Virus record (IMG/VR): IMGVR_UViG_3300042465_007929
Coordinates: 1-64,000 of that record
DNA length: 64,000 nt
Direction: 5' to 3' (one strand)
DNA from: a virus
This document shows positions 1-10,384 of this stretch, in pieces. The translations under genes were made by a program, and so were the position numbers. The notes under the pieces were generated by a model. The model was given only the letters and a program-made list of their open reading frames with translations, ran no database searches and had not been told where the DNA came from. Within the stretch, counting starts at the first letter, position 1. Each line of letters begins with the position of its first letter.

Positions 1-151
1 CAATAACTTCAGCTAAAGTTGTGCAGACGATTTTCACATCTGCCCAATCATCTTCGCCCTTTTTGCCGCTGACTTTTACTGCGTAACCATTGTCATAACG
101 GTAAATATTAAGTTCTTCGTTTACTTTTTTTAGTTTATTTGCTATTTTCAT
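1..151 (-). CDS. Hypothetical protein, runs off the left window edge
   Basis: ATG at 151, open frame MKIANKLKKVNEELNIYRYDNGY... to position 1. Confidence 0.6.
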   Translation of the reverse strand, partial: MKIANKLKKVNEELNIYRYDNGYAVKVSGKKGEDDWADVKIVCTTLAEVI

Positions 152-155
152 ATTT

Positions 156-392
156 TTAATTAAATAGATTTTTTATTGGATTGTGAAAATTATATTCAGC
201 GCGAGTTCTAAGTATTTCTTTGAAGAGTTCAGAATCTTCTACTTCGTCAAGGGTATCCATATTGACAACTAGAGTATCTTTAATTCTTTGTTTGTTATCA
301 AGATAATCATGGATGCCATATGTTTTACCATCCATGCTGGTTAATTCATATTCAACAGCATCTTCATTGTAAGTCGTTAGTTCAATATTCAT
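156..392 (-). CDS. Hypothetical protein
   Basis: 78-aa ORF downstream of the promoter at 425-452. Confidence 0.6.
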   Translation of the reverse strand: MNIELTTYNEDAVEYELTSMDGKTYGIHDYLDNKQRIKDTLVVNMDTLDEVEDSELFKEILRTRAEYNFHNPIKNLFN

Positions 393-450
393 TTTTATGT
401 TCTACGATTTCTAGTTCGGCAAGTATTCTAGCACGACATCCATCAAAGTC
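382..450 (-). pseudogene. Orphaned 3' end of the metallophosphoesterase gene
   Basis: Translates to DFDGCRARILAELEIVEHKNEY*, matching EFNGCRARILGELEIIEHS* at 1199-1258. Confidence 0.85.
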
Positions 451-452
451 AA
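425..452 (-). promoter_or_regulatory. sigma70-like promoter
   Basis: TTGACT-N16-TAGAAT with a TGn extension. Confidence 0.6.
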
Positions 453-495
453 GAATTATTTTGGCACTTTTCATTTTTATTGTGTAAAATATAGG

Positions 496-1215
496 GTGAA
501 CTCATTAAATTCAAAAATTCAAAAAGATTATTCTCATTTAGACCATAAATACGGTTATGTTCCAAATTTTGATAAAACTCAAAGTTATGCATTAGGTTTA
601 TTATGGGCTGATGGATGGCTTACTAAACCAATTTGTAGATCTAGAAATCTTGCTATAGAAGTTTTAGAATCTGATTTTATTGATTTTGAAGAGTCATTAA
701 GTTCTTTAGGAAAAGTAACTGTTCGCAAAAGACATAGAAATGGAAGAAATCCTCAAGCTGGAGCTTTAATTACCAATAAAAATTTATGTGAATGGCTTTT
801 TGAAATAGGATTTAAAGATAAATCAATTATTTCTCCCAATAAATTAATGAGTTTTATTCCTGAAAAATGCAAAAAACATTTCATAAGAGGTTGGGTTGAT
901 GGCGATGGGTGTTTTTATGTTCATGAAAAAAATAATACATTTCAATTTATTATAGCAGGTTCTTACGAACAAGATTGGTCATCTTTTATAGAAATATTAA
1001 ACACATTAAAAATAAAATATACTTATAAACAAAAAACTCAAATCCAAAATGACAGAGCTAATAAATGTTCTATAATAAGAATTACAGGTTTAAAAAATTT
1101 AAAAGTTTTTATTGATTATATTTATGATGATGCAGATTTTTTTCTAAAAAGAAAATATCAAAAAGCATTAATAATTAAAAATAGAGAATTAAAATTTATT
1201 AAGAATGCTCAATAA
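496..1215 (+). mobile_element. Free-standing LAGLIDADG homing endonuclease
   Basis: Two motifs YALGLLWADG and FIRGWVDGDG; opposite orientation to its neighbours; GTGTAA 8 nt upstream of the start. Confidence 0.9.
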
Positions 1216-1888
1216 TTTCCAACTCACCTAAAATTCTAGCTCTGCACCCATTAAATTCAGCAGAATAGTGACTATGGAAATGGCCGAGATACGCTTTTTT
1301 TGGTCTTGCCAACTTATAAAGAGCAGTAAGATCATCTCTTTCTTTTATGCAATCACGCCAAAGATATTCGTCTCTATCGCACCAGCCAAGAATTCCTTGC
1401 TTGTCAACAGGGCCAATCCAAATTGGTGCGGAATGAGTGATGAGAACATCACATTCAACAATAAAATCAGGCTTCAAAACAAAAATCTCATCTTCCCAGT
1501 AAGAAATATTTGGTTTTCTTATCTTACGATCAATAGAAATTGCTCCGCCAACAAACAAAAACTTTTTATCGTTTATAAATTCAACGTGATAATCAGGAAT
1601 TAATCGTAGATTAGAAAAAGTTTGAATTTCTTTGTTAAAAAAAGATGGCGCATCATGATTGCCCCTAATAGAAAGGAATTGAATATCACGTTTAACAAAA
1701 AACTCATTAGCAATTTCAAGAGAACGGATTTCTTTTGAATGACTGTCCTTAAATCCAACCCCTAGATCTCCTACGCAAATGAGATAACAATCTTTAATCT
1801 CGTAATTTTTAATTCGAGTAAATAATTCTTCCCATTTGCCGTGGACATCCCCAAGAATATAGACTGGTTTATTCAAGAAATTCTGCAT
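1199..1888 (-). CDS. Calcineurin-like metallophosphoesterase
   Basis: GDVHG, GDLG, GNHD, THSAP and GHFH motifs. Confidence 0.9.
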   Translation of the reverse strand: MQNFLNKPVYILGDVHGKWEELFTRIKNYEIKDCYLICVGDLGVGFKDSHSKEIRSLEIANEFFVKRDIQFLSIRGNHDAPSFFNKEIQTFSNLRLIPDYHVEFINDKKFLFVGGAISIDRKIRKPNISYWEDEIFVLKPDFIVECDVLITHSAPIWIGPVDKQGILGWCDRDEYLWRDCIKERDDLTALYKLARPKKAYLGHFHSHYSAEFNGCRARILGELEIIEHS

Positions 1889-2270
1889 AATGTACTACGT
1901 TTTTTGAGCGACCTCTTTGTGTTTCTGCAAGTTTAGCGATAGTTAATGGATCATTGATGTATGCGCGAGTGCGATAGCTTCCCATGCTATCATATACCCA
2001 CAATTGATTTTTACCAATTGGATACATAAACGCAACAATAGCATGGCCTTTAGGTTTGCTGTCTACAGCATCGATATAACCATAGACTACTACTTTACTC
2101 CATTTGCATTTGCTGGCCTTCAGACCCTCTTTAAAGGCTATTGCGGTGGGTAAGCAATTATTAGCGCCTTGCCATTCCATCCATTTTTGTGGATTTTGTG
2201 GCATAGATGAACATGACGCATGTATAAGAGCAACCAATACTATTAGTAGTTTTTTCATTATCATGTCCAA
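1869..2270 (-). CDS. Putative lipoprotein with a papain/transglutaminase-like Cys-His-Asp set
   Basis: Signal peptide ending IHASC; NNCL...GHAIV...VYDS. Confidence 0.45.
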   Translation of the reverse strand: MDMIMKKLLIVLVALIHASCSSMPQNPQKWMEWQGANNCLPTAIAFKEGLKASKCKWSKVVVYGYIDAVDSKPKGHAIVAFMYPIGKNQLWVYDSMGSYRTRAYINDPLTIAKLAETQRGRSKNVVHYAEFLE

Positions 2271-2821
2271 AGATATTTGCGATGCTTGATAATAATATTC
2301 ATTGTAAGAGTATCCATATCTTCTATCTGTTTATTGATGCGTATATTTTCGGCGTATGCTTCCTGAAATGACATACCATAACGCTCTTCACAAGAGAGCA
2401 TACGCCTATGACCACTATCATCTTCACATGGCACAAACCATTCCGCATGAGGCTTTAAGGGTTTAGGATGCGATTCATCCTCTTGCTTTTCTAGCTCAGG
2501 ACGTTCATTCTTAATATAGTGATAAGCTGTCCAGAGTTGATTTCTAACCTCGGAACGCTCATTCTTATATTCTTCGGTAATATACCCCTTTTCAAGATCA
2601 CCTGCATAAAGTTCGTCACTCCAGATGGAATCTAGCCCTTTATCAACTTCTACAAAATGAACTAAAATTTCAAATAAGACAATATCAATCAATCCATAAG
2701 CATCACAATAATGATTGCCTATTTTTTTGAATAGCCATTTATTTTTAGGAAAGAAATAGTCGCGGATATTCCATTTTAATTCGCGCCAAAAATAAGGATA
2801 GGTAAGTAATTTTAGTTTCAT
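2261..2821 (-). CDS. Hypothetical phage protein
   Basis: 186-aa ORF in a tightly packed minus-strand cluster. Confidence 0.6.
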   Translation of the reverse strand: MKLKLLTYPYFWRELKWNIRDYFFPKNKWLFKKIGNHYCDAYGLIDIVLFEILVHFVEVDKGLDSIWSDELYAGDLEKGYITEEYKNERSEVRNQLWTAYHYIKNERPELEKQEDESHPKPLKPHAEWFVPCEDDSGHRRMLSCEERYGMSFQEAYAENIRINKQIEDMDTLTMNIIIKHRKYLWT

Positions 2822-3363
2822 ATTATTTTTAATAATTATATTAAATCTTTTTCTTTTTGATTATAGCGTCAATAGGTCGTAGAAAATTACAGTCATCACA
2901 CACGCATTCTTCATCAACTTTCTGCCCACCATAACCTTCTCGAATACTACGGAGCGCGGAATAAGCTGCGTCACGCTCGCGCTCCATCTTTCGGGCAAAT
3001 TCTAACATTTTAGAATAGTCACAAGCTGTACTGCTCCATAACTCCATAAGGCGATTATCTTCTTCGTCTGTCTCTGGTGTGTCACTCATTCTCCAAATAC
3101 GATTAAAAGGCTAATAATAACTAAAAGGGTAAAAAAGATTTCATGTGTCATAGTTTAATGAATATGGATAGCTTCACAGTCAAATGGATTATCATTACGA
3201 TCAGCAACTTCATGCTTACCATAATACCATTCAGTATGAACGTCAAGTTTAATTTTTACATTCACAGCGTATTTAACTTCATCTACACCATCTTCATAAC
3301 CACTAACGACTACCATGAGTTCTGGATCATATGATTGCAGCTTTTCTATTAATTCTTTAACTT

Positions 3364-4416
3364 TCATAAATTAGCTTTGCAGTGTTCTTCATGGTGGTAA
3401 TCCCAATACTCCCCGCAGTCATCGCACTGCATCAAAGAATTTACTTTTCCATGAAATGCTTTATTGATTACTGCTTTATTGATTACTGCTTCTAAATCTT
3501 CAATTTTCATCTTGAGTTTAAGGTTCTCTTCGATTAGCAACTCAGGTTGATACTCATCATCAGACAATAAGCCCAATGCTTTTTGTGCAATCAACCTGCA
3601 AGTTTCAGACTTTCGCGGTCGTTTAATAATCTCTTCAAGAGATTCTTTGTAAGATAAACAGTCAAGAATCCATAAGCCTACACTTTGATGTTTATCGCCT
3701 TCTTGATGCAGACATCTTAGATATTCTTGCCCATCTTGTGTGCTTTTAAATAGTCTACTTTTAACTTTTAATGCTTCAAGTTCTGCACGAAGAACCTGAG
3801 TTTCTCCACTGCCTAAGTTGTTCTTAAACAAAACATCTAGCATCTGAATAGCAGAAAGATGTTTGTTGGCTGCAAGTCCAGAGTAGTATTCGTAATGAGT
3901 CTTAATTGCCTTCTCAAGCGATTCCAAGTCTTCTCTATCTGCCCAAGCTTCAATCTTAGCCTTATCAGCTATACCAATTAATAGAGCGGTATTGTCAAGG
4001 ATGTAACCAGCACTAGGATGATCAAAGAAGTTGGGCATTGATTGAGAAATCAATTCATTGGCTTCATCTTGATTACTTTCTAGCAGAGCATTTTCTCTAA
4101 CATAATACTTAACACGTTCAGGAATGTTCTCATATGAATGAGAAGTGACATTGCCTACAGGAAGTTCAAAGAGAGTTTTATCGAGAATGTCTCTTTGTAT
4201 TTTGGAAACATCGGTCTCAGTCTCAAGTTCCTTTCGAAGCTTAAAGATTTCGTTTTGATACCAAAGGCAGTCTTGTTGGTATTGTTCGATAGTTTTTGTC
4301 ATAGTAGATTTTGTCATACTAGATTCATCATAAGCATCATACTTTTCAAAGCAGGTCATACATGTATCATATACTTCAGTAAAAAGTGTCTGGGTGCAAT
4401 GTTTACAGCGTTTCAT
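3364..4416 (-). CDS. Hypothetical coiled-coil protein with CxxC motifs
   Basis: Likely start MKRCKHC at 4416, because the longer ORF-track start overlaps 4403-4750. Confidence 0.55.
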   Translation of the reverse strand: MKRCKHCTQTLFTEVYDTCMTCFEKYDAYDESSMTKSTMTKTIEQYQQDCLWYQNEIFKLRKELETETDVSKIQRDILDKTLFELPVGNVTSHSYENIPERVKYYVRENALLESNQDEANELISQSMPNFFDHPSAGYILDNTALLIGIADKAKIEAWADREDLESLEKAIKTHYEYYSGLAANKHLSAIQMLDVLFKNNLGSGETQVLRAELEALKVKSRLFKSTQDGQEYLRCLHQEGDKHQSVGLWILDCLSYKESLEEIIKRPRKSETCRLIAQKALGLLSDDEYQPELLIEENLKLKMKIEDLEAVINKAVINKAFHGKVNSLMQCDDCGEYWDYHHEEHCKANL

Positions 4417-4750
4417 ATTCTTCTCCTTCACTTGGGGTACGATATATTTTATCAATTCTTTCAAGATTATCAAGGATTGTTTTTTGATCCATAGAGATAT
4501 TTCTGGCAATGTATATTTCACTACAGATTTGATTAAGCAAGAAGAGTCTTTCTTCTTGCGTATACTCATGAATCATTTTGGGCTTCAGCGGGAAGTCTGA
4601 TGTGAATTTTTTCTTTTTTAATTCTCTTTCTGGATCAGAATCTACTCGCATATTGCATTTATTGCAAGTGACTTTCCCATCCCAATCGTCGTAAATAGAA
4701 AGCTCCTGAAATTTACCACCACATTTGCATTTTTTATTCTTCATAGTCAT
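4403..4750 (-). CDS. Hypothetical Zn-ribbon protein
   Basis: CKCGG...CNKC. Confidence 0.5.
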   Translation of the reverse strand: MTMKNKKCKCGGKFQELSIYDDWDGKVTCNKCNMRVDSDPERELKKKKFTSDFPLKPKMIHEYTQEERLFLLNQICSEIYIARNISMDQKTILDNLERIDKIYRTPSEGEEYETL

Positions 4751-5004
4751 GGTATTATTTCTTCTTTGTCCAGATGCTTACAACCCTTTCGTTCTTGACT
4801 GTGATATACCAACGATCTTGATAGATTTCAGCACGATATTTTGTCCATTCAAGATTACTCTCAACCAAGTCAAGAGTTGATATACCGACAGGATTCCACG
4901 AGTCTCCAACTTTAAGATTTTCGATAAATTTAACCTTGTCTTGGAATTGTGCTTCATCACAACCGCAACACGCCAAGATTAAAATTAAAAGCAATCGTTT
5001 CATA

Positions 5005-5721
5005 TTATTCTCTCTGTTTACAAAGATATTCAGCAAACTGAATCATACCATAAATCTGCTCATCGCCCCCGTCAATATAAAAACGAAGACCTCCAAACTT
5101 AGATTTAACTTGAGCAATTTTAACTTCGGCTATTTCTTTTTTAAGATACTTATTCTTAATTCTCAGTCTATTATAGTAGAGGTTCTGAAGCCATTGTTGT
5201 ATTTTATATTTACGAGTGAGTTTGACGATTTCTGAAATATCAGATGGAATTACCCACCATTCTCCTTTATCTACAGGTCGATAGTTTTTATAAGGGTCGA
5301 GAGAGTTATATAGAAAATAATAGATTCTACTCCAAATAGGTTTAAAGATTTTATTACTCAAAAAGATTCTAGTTTTCTTCTTTGGATTTAGAATGCTAAC
5401 ATATCGATACTTCTGGTAATTTACGATAGAACCACAAAGACCGTCCACAATATCTTGCCACGGGCGCGGACAACCAATTCCACACTCGGCGTAAGCTGTA
5501 GTGCCGTCTTCGTTTTTATTAAAAAGAGACGGATATTTCTCCATAAGAGATTTTTCAAAATCATCTTCTTGCTTAATGATATTTGCTGGAGTAGAGAGTT
5601 CTTTATTGATTTCTATAGCATCATCAACTCTCTGTTTAAGTTGAAGGATTTGTTTTTCAAGATCAGCGATATGATCGCTAAACTTAATTCTCTTTGCGTT
5701 TGGATTTCCTTTGGGTGGCAT
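5005..5721 (-). CDS. Hypothetical phage protein with a QVKSKFGGLRFY motif
   Basis: The QxKxKFGxLRFY motif recurs in phage hypothetical proteins. Confidence 0.6.
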   Translation of the reverse strand: MPPKGNPNAKRIKFSDHIADLEKQILQLKQRVDDAIEINKELSTPANIIKQEDDFEKSLMEKYPSLFNKNEDGTTAYAECGIGCPRPWQDIVDGLCGSIVNYQKYRYVSILNPKKKTRIFLSNKIFKPIWSRIYYFLYNSLDPYKNYRPVDKGEWWVIPSDISEIVKLTRKYKIQQWLQNLYYNRLRIKNKYLKKEIAEVKIAQVKSKFGGLRFYIDGGDEQIYGMIQFAEYLCKQRE

Positions 5722-7148
5722 ATTATTTTATAGTTTATTATCTCTTTGCTCTTCAAGCCATGATTTTGGCTTACCATCCCAACTAAAAGACCAAAGATTA
5801 AAGAATGGCAGATCGCGTTCTTCGTCGTATGGCTCCAATTCTTCTAACCAAATAAATGATGATGATGAATTAAGTTGCGTTTTGCGGACAGTGTATTCTT
5901 GACCAACACATAAATACCTTGATTGATCTTGTACTACATTTTGAAACCAATGAATTGTTATAGGTTCTTTAAAGATGACCTTCTGACCATCCTTTGGGAA
6001 ACCCATTTCTTCTTTACCTTTTTGTGTATTATGTATGCTCACTCCTTCTTTTCTTTCTTTACGAATTTTATTAAGATATCCAGCAAGTTCTATACTATCT
6101 TCTTCAGTCATATTTTAATCTATAATTTATTTATAAATTCAATGTCCCGCTGCCAATTTCTTTTTCAGATGGAGGCAGTGTGGATGGCAGTGTTTCTTTT
6201 CCTGTATATTCTTTCATAATGTATGTTACCAAAATTTTAAATTTCTTCCAGCATTAGCAATAATAAAAAAACAAGTAATAATATGTACTAACCACCAAAA
6301 TGTTCTGATTATTGCGGCAATATCTGATTCTTTATTTTCTTCAGATATTTTTTGCCCCATTGTTTTTGCCCAAATTCTCCAGATCTTATTCATGGATTTT
6401 TAGAAGCGAGATAACCATCTCTCCATTTTAGAAAATCCAATAAAGATTCATCATTTTCAATAACTCTTTGAAGCCAAAGTTCTTGGAGTTCTTCATATGG
6501 ATCTCGATCAGAACGTTCTGCATAATAAAACCCTTTGCACCATAGATAGATATTTTTAATCATTTGTTTCTAATATTTTCTAAAACTTGTTTTGCTTTTA
6601 TTTCTAGAGCTTCACGACAATTATTGTATGTTCCATCAGAACGTTTGGGGGCGGCAACTAATTCTGCGAACTGAAGAAGATCGATAAATGCTAGAATAAT
6701 TTCTTTTTCATTTTTTGATTCGCTCATTTTTTAATAGATTATATCAAATCATCGTCTAACCATTCCATCTCAACTTCATAACCAAGATGCTCTAAAACCA
6801 TTTTTAATAAATGGTCTGGTGTGTCAAAAGCATTGCCGCCAATTTCTTTATCATCAACATAAATGTCTGATCCTGTTTCATAACAACAGTGATCTCCGCA
6901 TTCATATTCATATGGTTTGAAACCTATTTTAATTTTCTTCATAAGCACTTAAAAATCCCGGAGTTCCTTCGCCTAACCAAGCTCCTGCTTGATTATATTC
7001 ATGAAATTCAATAGCTTCTTCCTCAGTCATGCCTTCATCCATTAATTTTTCGATGATAAGTTCTTTATCATAAACATAAAAAGGTTCTTGACTACATCTT
7101 TCCACAATTCCTAGTATGCAGTCATCATAACCATCCATTTTAAGTAGA

Positions 7149-7637
7149 TTATTCATTTGTTTTTAACTCATTATATGTTTTAAAAAAAGTTTCAATATAG
7201 TTTCTAATATTCTCTTGCCCCCATTTGTTGGCACTATGAATATAATATTTAGGAAATTTTGTATTAGTATCTATGCATTTTTGGCAAAGTAATTTAACAC
7301 AATGAAAACCACTATCTGGCTTTAGGTTGCCGTATTCAATGATTCCTATTTCCTGAGTAACTTTATAATAATGCTCTATGTATTCTTCAGATAGATCATG
7401 ATCTAAACTAACTACATCTGGAATTCCTACATATTCAAGATATTGTTGAAATTCATAATGACTTCTCACTATTGACCATTTATTAGATTCAATTCCAGAT
7501 AATTCAATCAATGATTTTTTGTAATGATCATGACCAGTACCAGTATGGACCCAAGCGTGTTCTACATTTCTTTGGTCATCCAAAAAAAGACAACGTAATT
7601 TATTGCTCATTTTTAATTCGCGCAATGATTTCTTCAC
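7149..7637 (-). CDS. Cyclic-phosphate-processing receiver-like (REC) domain protein
   Basis: LFLDDQR...PDVVSLDHDL...IHSANKWG signature. Confidence 0.7.
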   Translation of the reverse strand: MKKSLRELKMSNKLRCLFLDDQRNVEHAWVHTGTGHDHYKKSLIELSGIESNKWSIVRSHYEFQQYLEYVGIPDVVSLDHDLSEEYIEHYYKVTQEIGIIEYGNLKPDSGFHCVKLLCQKCIDTNTKFPKYYIHSANKWGQENIRNYIETFFKTYNELKTNE

Positions 7638-7944
7638 TTCCTTGGATTACTTCAAAAAGAGCATCTGAAGTCTCCACAACAAGCCTTGGCACAGATTTAA
7701 TTCCGTACTTCTTGAATGGAGCTTGGTCATCTTCCATATTAATCAATTCAATTTTATTAATCAAACCTTCTTTTGTTAGTTTTGACTTTAAAAGTTGGCA
7801 AGGTCCACAGAAATTTGCGGTTAGTAGTAATAGTTTATTCATTTTTTTATCTTTTTTAAAAATATTATCCCAATTATCTCTTCCTTGTTTAGAAAGACTT
7901 TTTGATTTAATCAAATCACCCGTAATATCATTCTTCGCTGCCAT
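7600..7944 (-). CDS. Thioredoxin/glutaredoxin-like protein (may start at the internal MNKLLL)
   Basis: FCGPC active site and the SVP cis-Pro motif. Confidence 0.8.
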   Translation of the reverse strand: MAAKNDITGDLIKSKSLSKQGRDNWDNIFKKDKKMNKLLLLTANFCGPCQLLKSKLTKEGLINKIELINMEDDQAPFKKYGIKSVPRLVVETSDALFEVIQGSEEIIARIKNEQ

Positions 7945-8170
7945 TTTTATACGAAAGACATTAGTTGCTGTCTAAAATCATTAGATTCTGCAATTACAGA
8001 GTCAATAATCTCTCTTTTCATAACAACATATTTTTTTTCTTTATGGAGTGAGCAAAAGTATTCGAAATAATCTGTAACTTTTTTAAGAGATCCGTTGGTG
8101 TAAACAGTTACTGTTTTCCCATTAGGAAGGATTTGTTCTAAGTGGTATTCTATCATAATTTTAGAGAGTA

Positions 8171-8196
8171 AAATACCCGCCCTAAAGCGGGTATTT
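8171..8196. terminator. Intrinsic terminator-like hairpin
   Basis: aaatacccgc-cctaaa-gcgggtattt with A/T-rich flanks. Confidence 0.65.
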
Positions 8197-8288
8197 AATT
8201 TTTGTTTTTAATCTAAGATCTTTGATTCTGTGTCTTATATAGAGATAATTTACTCTAGAAATAGCAATTAATCAAGAACTTTTTAAGA

Positions 8289-8486
8289 TTATTTTCCAGT
8301 ATTTTTCGCCTTGCCAACATTAATGGCAAGAAGATCAATCACTTTATAAGCTTTAGCGAGTTTAGTCCCCTTTTTAGGAGTTGGAGTAACTGCTGCGATA
8401 GCTGAAGCTGCTGCAATAACAGCAGTGGCTGCATTAAACCAAGGTGAAGCTTGAGCCAATTGTATGAGGATAGATATATATTCCAT
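8289..8486 (-). CDS. Small membrane protein, holin-like
   Basis: Hydrophobic AxxAxAIAAVTPTP segment, basic tail, GTGTAA motif upstream. Confidence 0.5.
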   Translation of the reverse strand: MEYISILIQLAQASPWFNAATAVIAAASAIAAVTPTPKKGTKLAKAYKVIDLLAINVGKAKNTGK

Positions 8487-8726
8487 GTTATATATTACAC
8501 TAAATTTTCATCTTGTTCAAAAATCGAACTTTCGATCATTTTATAATACTCGTTTGCGAATCTCCCAGTATTATGAATAAAATCAAAAATCCAATTAATA
8601 TCGGCATCATCTTCTATGCCCAACTTTTCAATAAGATCATTAAAAATCTCCTGCTCTTGATCGGCAAGATCAAGAATTTCTACTTTAGCTATCTCGACTA
8701 AAGCCCTGTTTTCTTTTGTTATTTTT

Positions 8727-9383
8727 TTAGTCATTGGTATAAAATCTGTCATATTTTTCTCTGTATTCATCAATTTGTGAGACGATTAAAGGATCTTGCG
8801 ATATTTTATAGATGGAGTCAATAAGTTTTTGCTCTTGTGTTGGCAATTCTCTGCGAGTTTTGCGGCAATTGTCTTGAATTTCATTTCGCTGCTTTGCCCA
8901 TACAACTCTTTTTGCTTCAAGTTCTTCATCTGTAAGCTTAACTGGCTTGTCATCTCTTACTAAATCAATAGAAATCATTTGCCCATCTTTAAATAGGGCG
9001 CAGTATTCGAGCCAACCCATTTCATAGCGTTGCCACTCTTTATTTTCGCCACTATTGAATTCAAATTTATCTTCTTTATGATCATATCCTTCATAGAAAT
9101 TAATAGTTCCATGAAAATTAATCTGCTTCCAAGTTCTTGAGATTGTTTCCATATGGCCCATTCGAGCCATAAATGATTCTGAATCTGGAGTCTGAGATTC
9201 AACCCATTCTTTCTCGCACTCTTCATACCAAAGTCTACCATCTGCATCAATCTTATAAAGACTCATGTATTGATCTGGAGTATCTTTTGTTTGGAAAACA
9301 ATATCATCTTTCCATTGATCAAGAAGATCTTGAGGTAAAACTGGAAGTGGATATTCACATTTTAAATAGTCAAACATGCCCAA
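8727..9383 (-). CDS. Hypothetical phage protein (MGMFD...FQTKD type)
   Basis: 218-aa ORF with a recurrent phage N-terminal motif. Confidence 0.6.
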   Translation of the reverse strand: MGMFDYLKCEYPLPVLPQDLLDQWKDDIVFQTKDTPDQYMSLYKIDADGRLWYEECEKEWVESQTPDSESFMARMGHMETISRTWKQINFHGTINFYEGYDHKEDKFEFNSGENKEWQRYEMGWLEYCALFKDGQMISIDLVRDDKPVKLTDEELEAKRVVWAKQRNEIQDNCRKTRRELPTQEQKLIDSIYKISQDPLIVSQIDEYREKYDRFYTND

Positions 9384-9420
9384 AATTACTTTTTCTTTCT
9401 ATTGTTTAGTTTTTGTTGTT

Positions 9421-9443
9421 TAGGTCAAGTCTGACTTGACCTA
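9421..9443. repeat. Perfect 23-bp palindrome (operator-like)
   Basis: TAGGTCAAGTC-T-GACTTGACCTA. Confidence 0.8.
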
Positions 9444-9461
9444 TGATGTAAATTTCAAATA

Positions 9462-9617
9462 TTATTTTATTCTTGCCGCCAAAATTAATCCTAAATTAGC
9501 CATCGCATAGCTTGCCCAGACAATGAACCAAGGCCAATTACCTTTGAAAGCGTAACTTCCAGCTACATAAGCGTAGAGAAAGAAGACAATAAATACTATT
9601 TTTTCTTCTGAGTTCAT
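9462..9617 (-). CDS. Small membrane protein missing from the ORF track
   Basis: 51 aa, MNSEEKIVFIVFFLYAYVAG...; its start overlaps the stop of the 3D-domain gene. Confidence 0.55.
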   Translation of the reverse strand: MNSEEKIVFIVFFLYAYVAGSYAFKGNWPWFIVWASYAMANLGLILAARIK

Positions 9618-10012
9618 TTGGAAACTTCGATTTTCATAAACATAGGGTATTTTCTAATGTATGTCAATGCTTCTTTTTTGTTTTTGCAATAAATATCTAC
9701 GACTATATTCCCCTTGCCAAGTTTGCGAGAAGCTTTACGAGATTTAACTGCTGATCCTGTATCTTGAGCAATAAATGTTTTGCCCATTTTAGGAATGAAT
9801 ATTTTGCTATGATAGCGTATGATCTTAGGATCAACAGCAATAGTTTTATTGCTTTTAGGTCTAGCTCCAGTAGAAGTTTTATGTCCATCCCAATAGTAAG
9901 TTACTCTAGCATTATATGTTTGACCGTAAGCGATATTTGCGCTCGCAAACATTACTAGGATTAATTTTAGTAATTTCATAATAGTTAATATAGAACACTC
10001 GCTCCATGGCAA
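9614..10012 (-). CDS. 3D-domain (MltA-like) cell-wall protein
   Basis: VTYY...TSTG...IAVDP...AQDTGSAV...VDIY with a signal peptide. Confidence 0.85.
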   Translation of the reverse strand: MPWSECSILTIMKLLKLILVMFASANIAYGQTYNARVTYYWDGHKTSTGARPKSNKTIAVDPKIIRYHSKIFIPKMGKTFIAQDTGSAVKSRKASRKLGKGNIVVDIYCKNKKEALTYIRKYPMFMKIEVSK

Positions 10013-10014
10013 AT

Positions 10015-10042
10015 ATTATAGAATACTTTGGGAGATTGTCAA
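10015..10042 (-). promoter_or_regulatory. sigma70-like promoter
   Basis: TTGACA-N16-TATAAT. Confidence 0.75.
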
Positions 10043-10065
10043 GCTATTTCGTGTAATAAATTAAA

Positions 10066-10380
10066 ATGCCTCGTCATCTACAGTCTATAATTCATTCTGA
10101 AAAATCTCATTCTGGTTCGATTTGGAGTGGATATAATCAAGAAATTATTGATTTGTGGAATTCTAGCTCTGCACATGCAGATTTTAATGATCATTTAATT
10201 AGGGAATATAATAGAAAAATTGATTTATTCAACCAACCAACAGGTTTGTTTTTTGCTCCTTATGATGCTGGATATAGATTCATAGGATCTTCAATATCTG
10301 CATCCACTATTCCTTCAGATGCCATCTTATTCAACGGCGTAGCATTAACATATAACGGCGAATTTTTAGTATATAATTAA
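10066..10380 (+). CDS. Hypothetical protein heading the LRR operon
   Basis: GTGTAA 9 nt upstream of the ATG. Confidence 0.6.
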   Translation: MPRHLQSIIHSEKSHSGSIWSGYNQEIIDLWNSSSAHADFNDHLIREYNRKIDLFNQPTGLFFAPYDAGYRFIGSSISASTIPSDAILFNGVALTYNGEFLVYN

Positions 10381-10384
10381 TCTC

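Noticed and set aside
496-1215. Group I intron or intein hosting the LAGLIDADG gene
   Set aside because: The ORF is antisense to the target with its own upstream motif, there is no room for an intron core, and the target gene is already complete
1268-1603. Antisense shadow ORFs (also 4138-4494, 7511-7975, 23561-23890, 59182-59535 and similar)
   Set aside because: They lie opposite well-supported genes and show no motifs
3457-3491. 15-bp tandem duplication (AVINK twice)
   Set aside because: Simple in-frame slippage with no further structure
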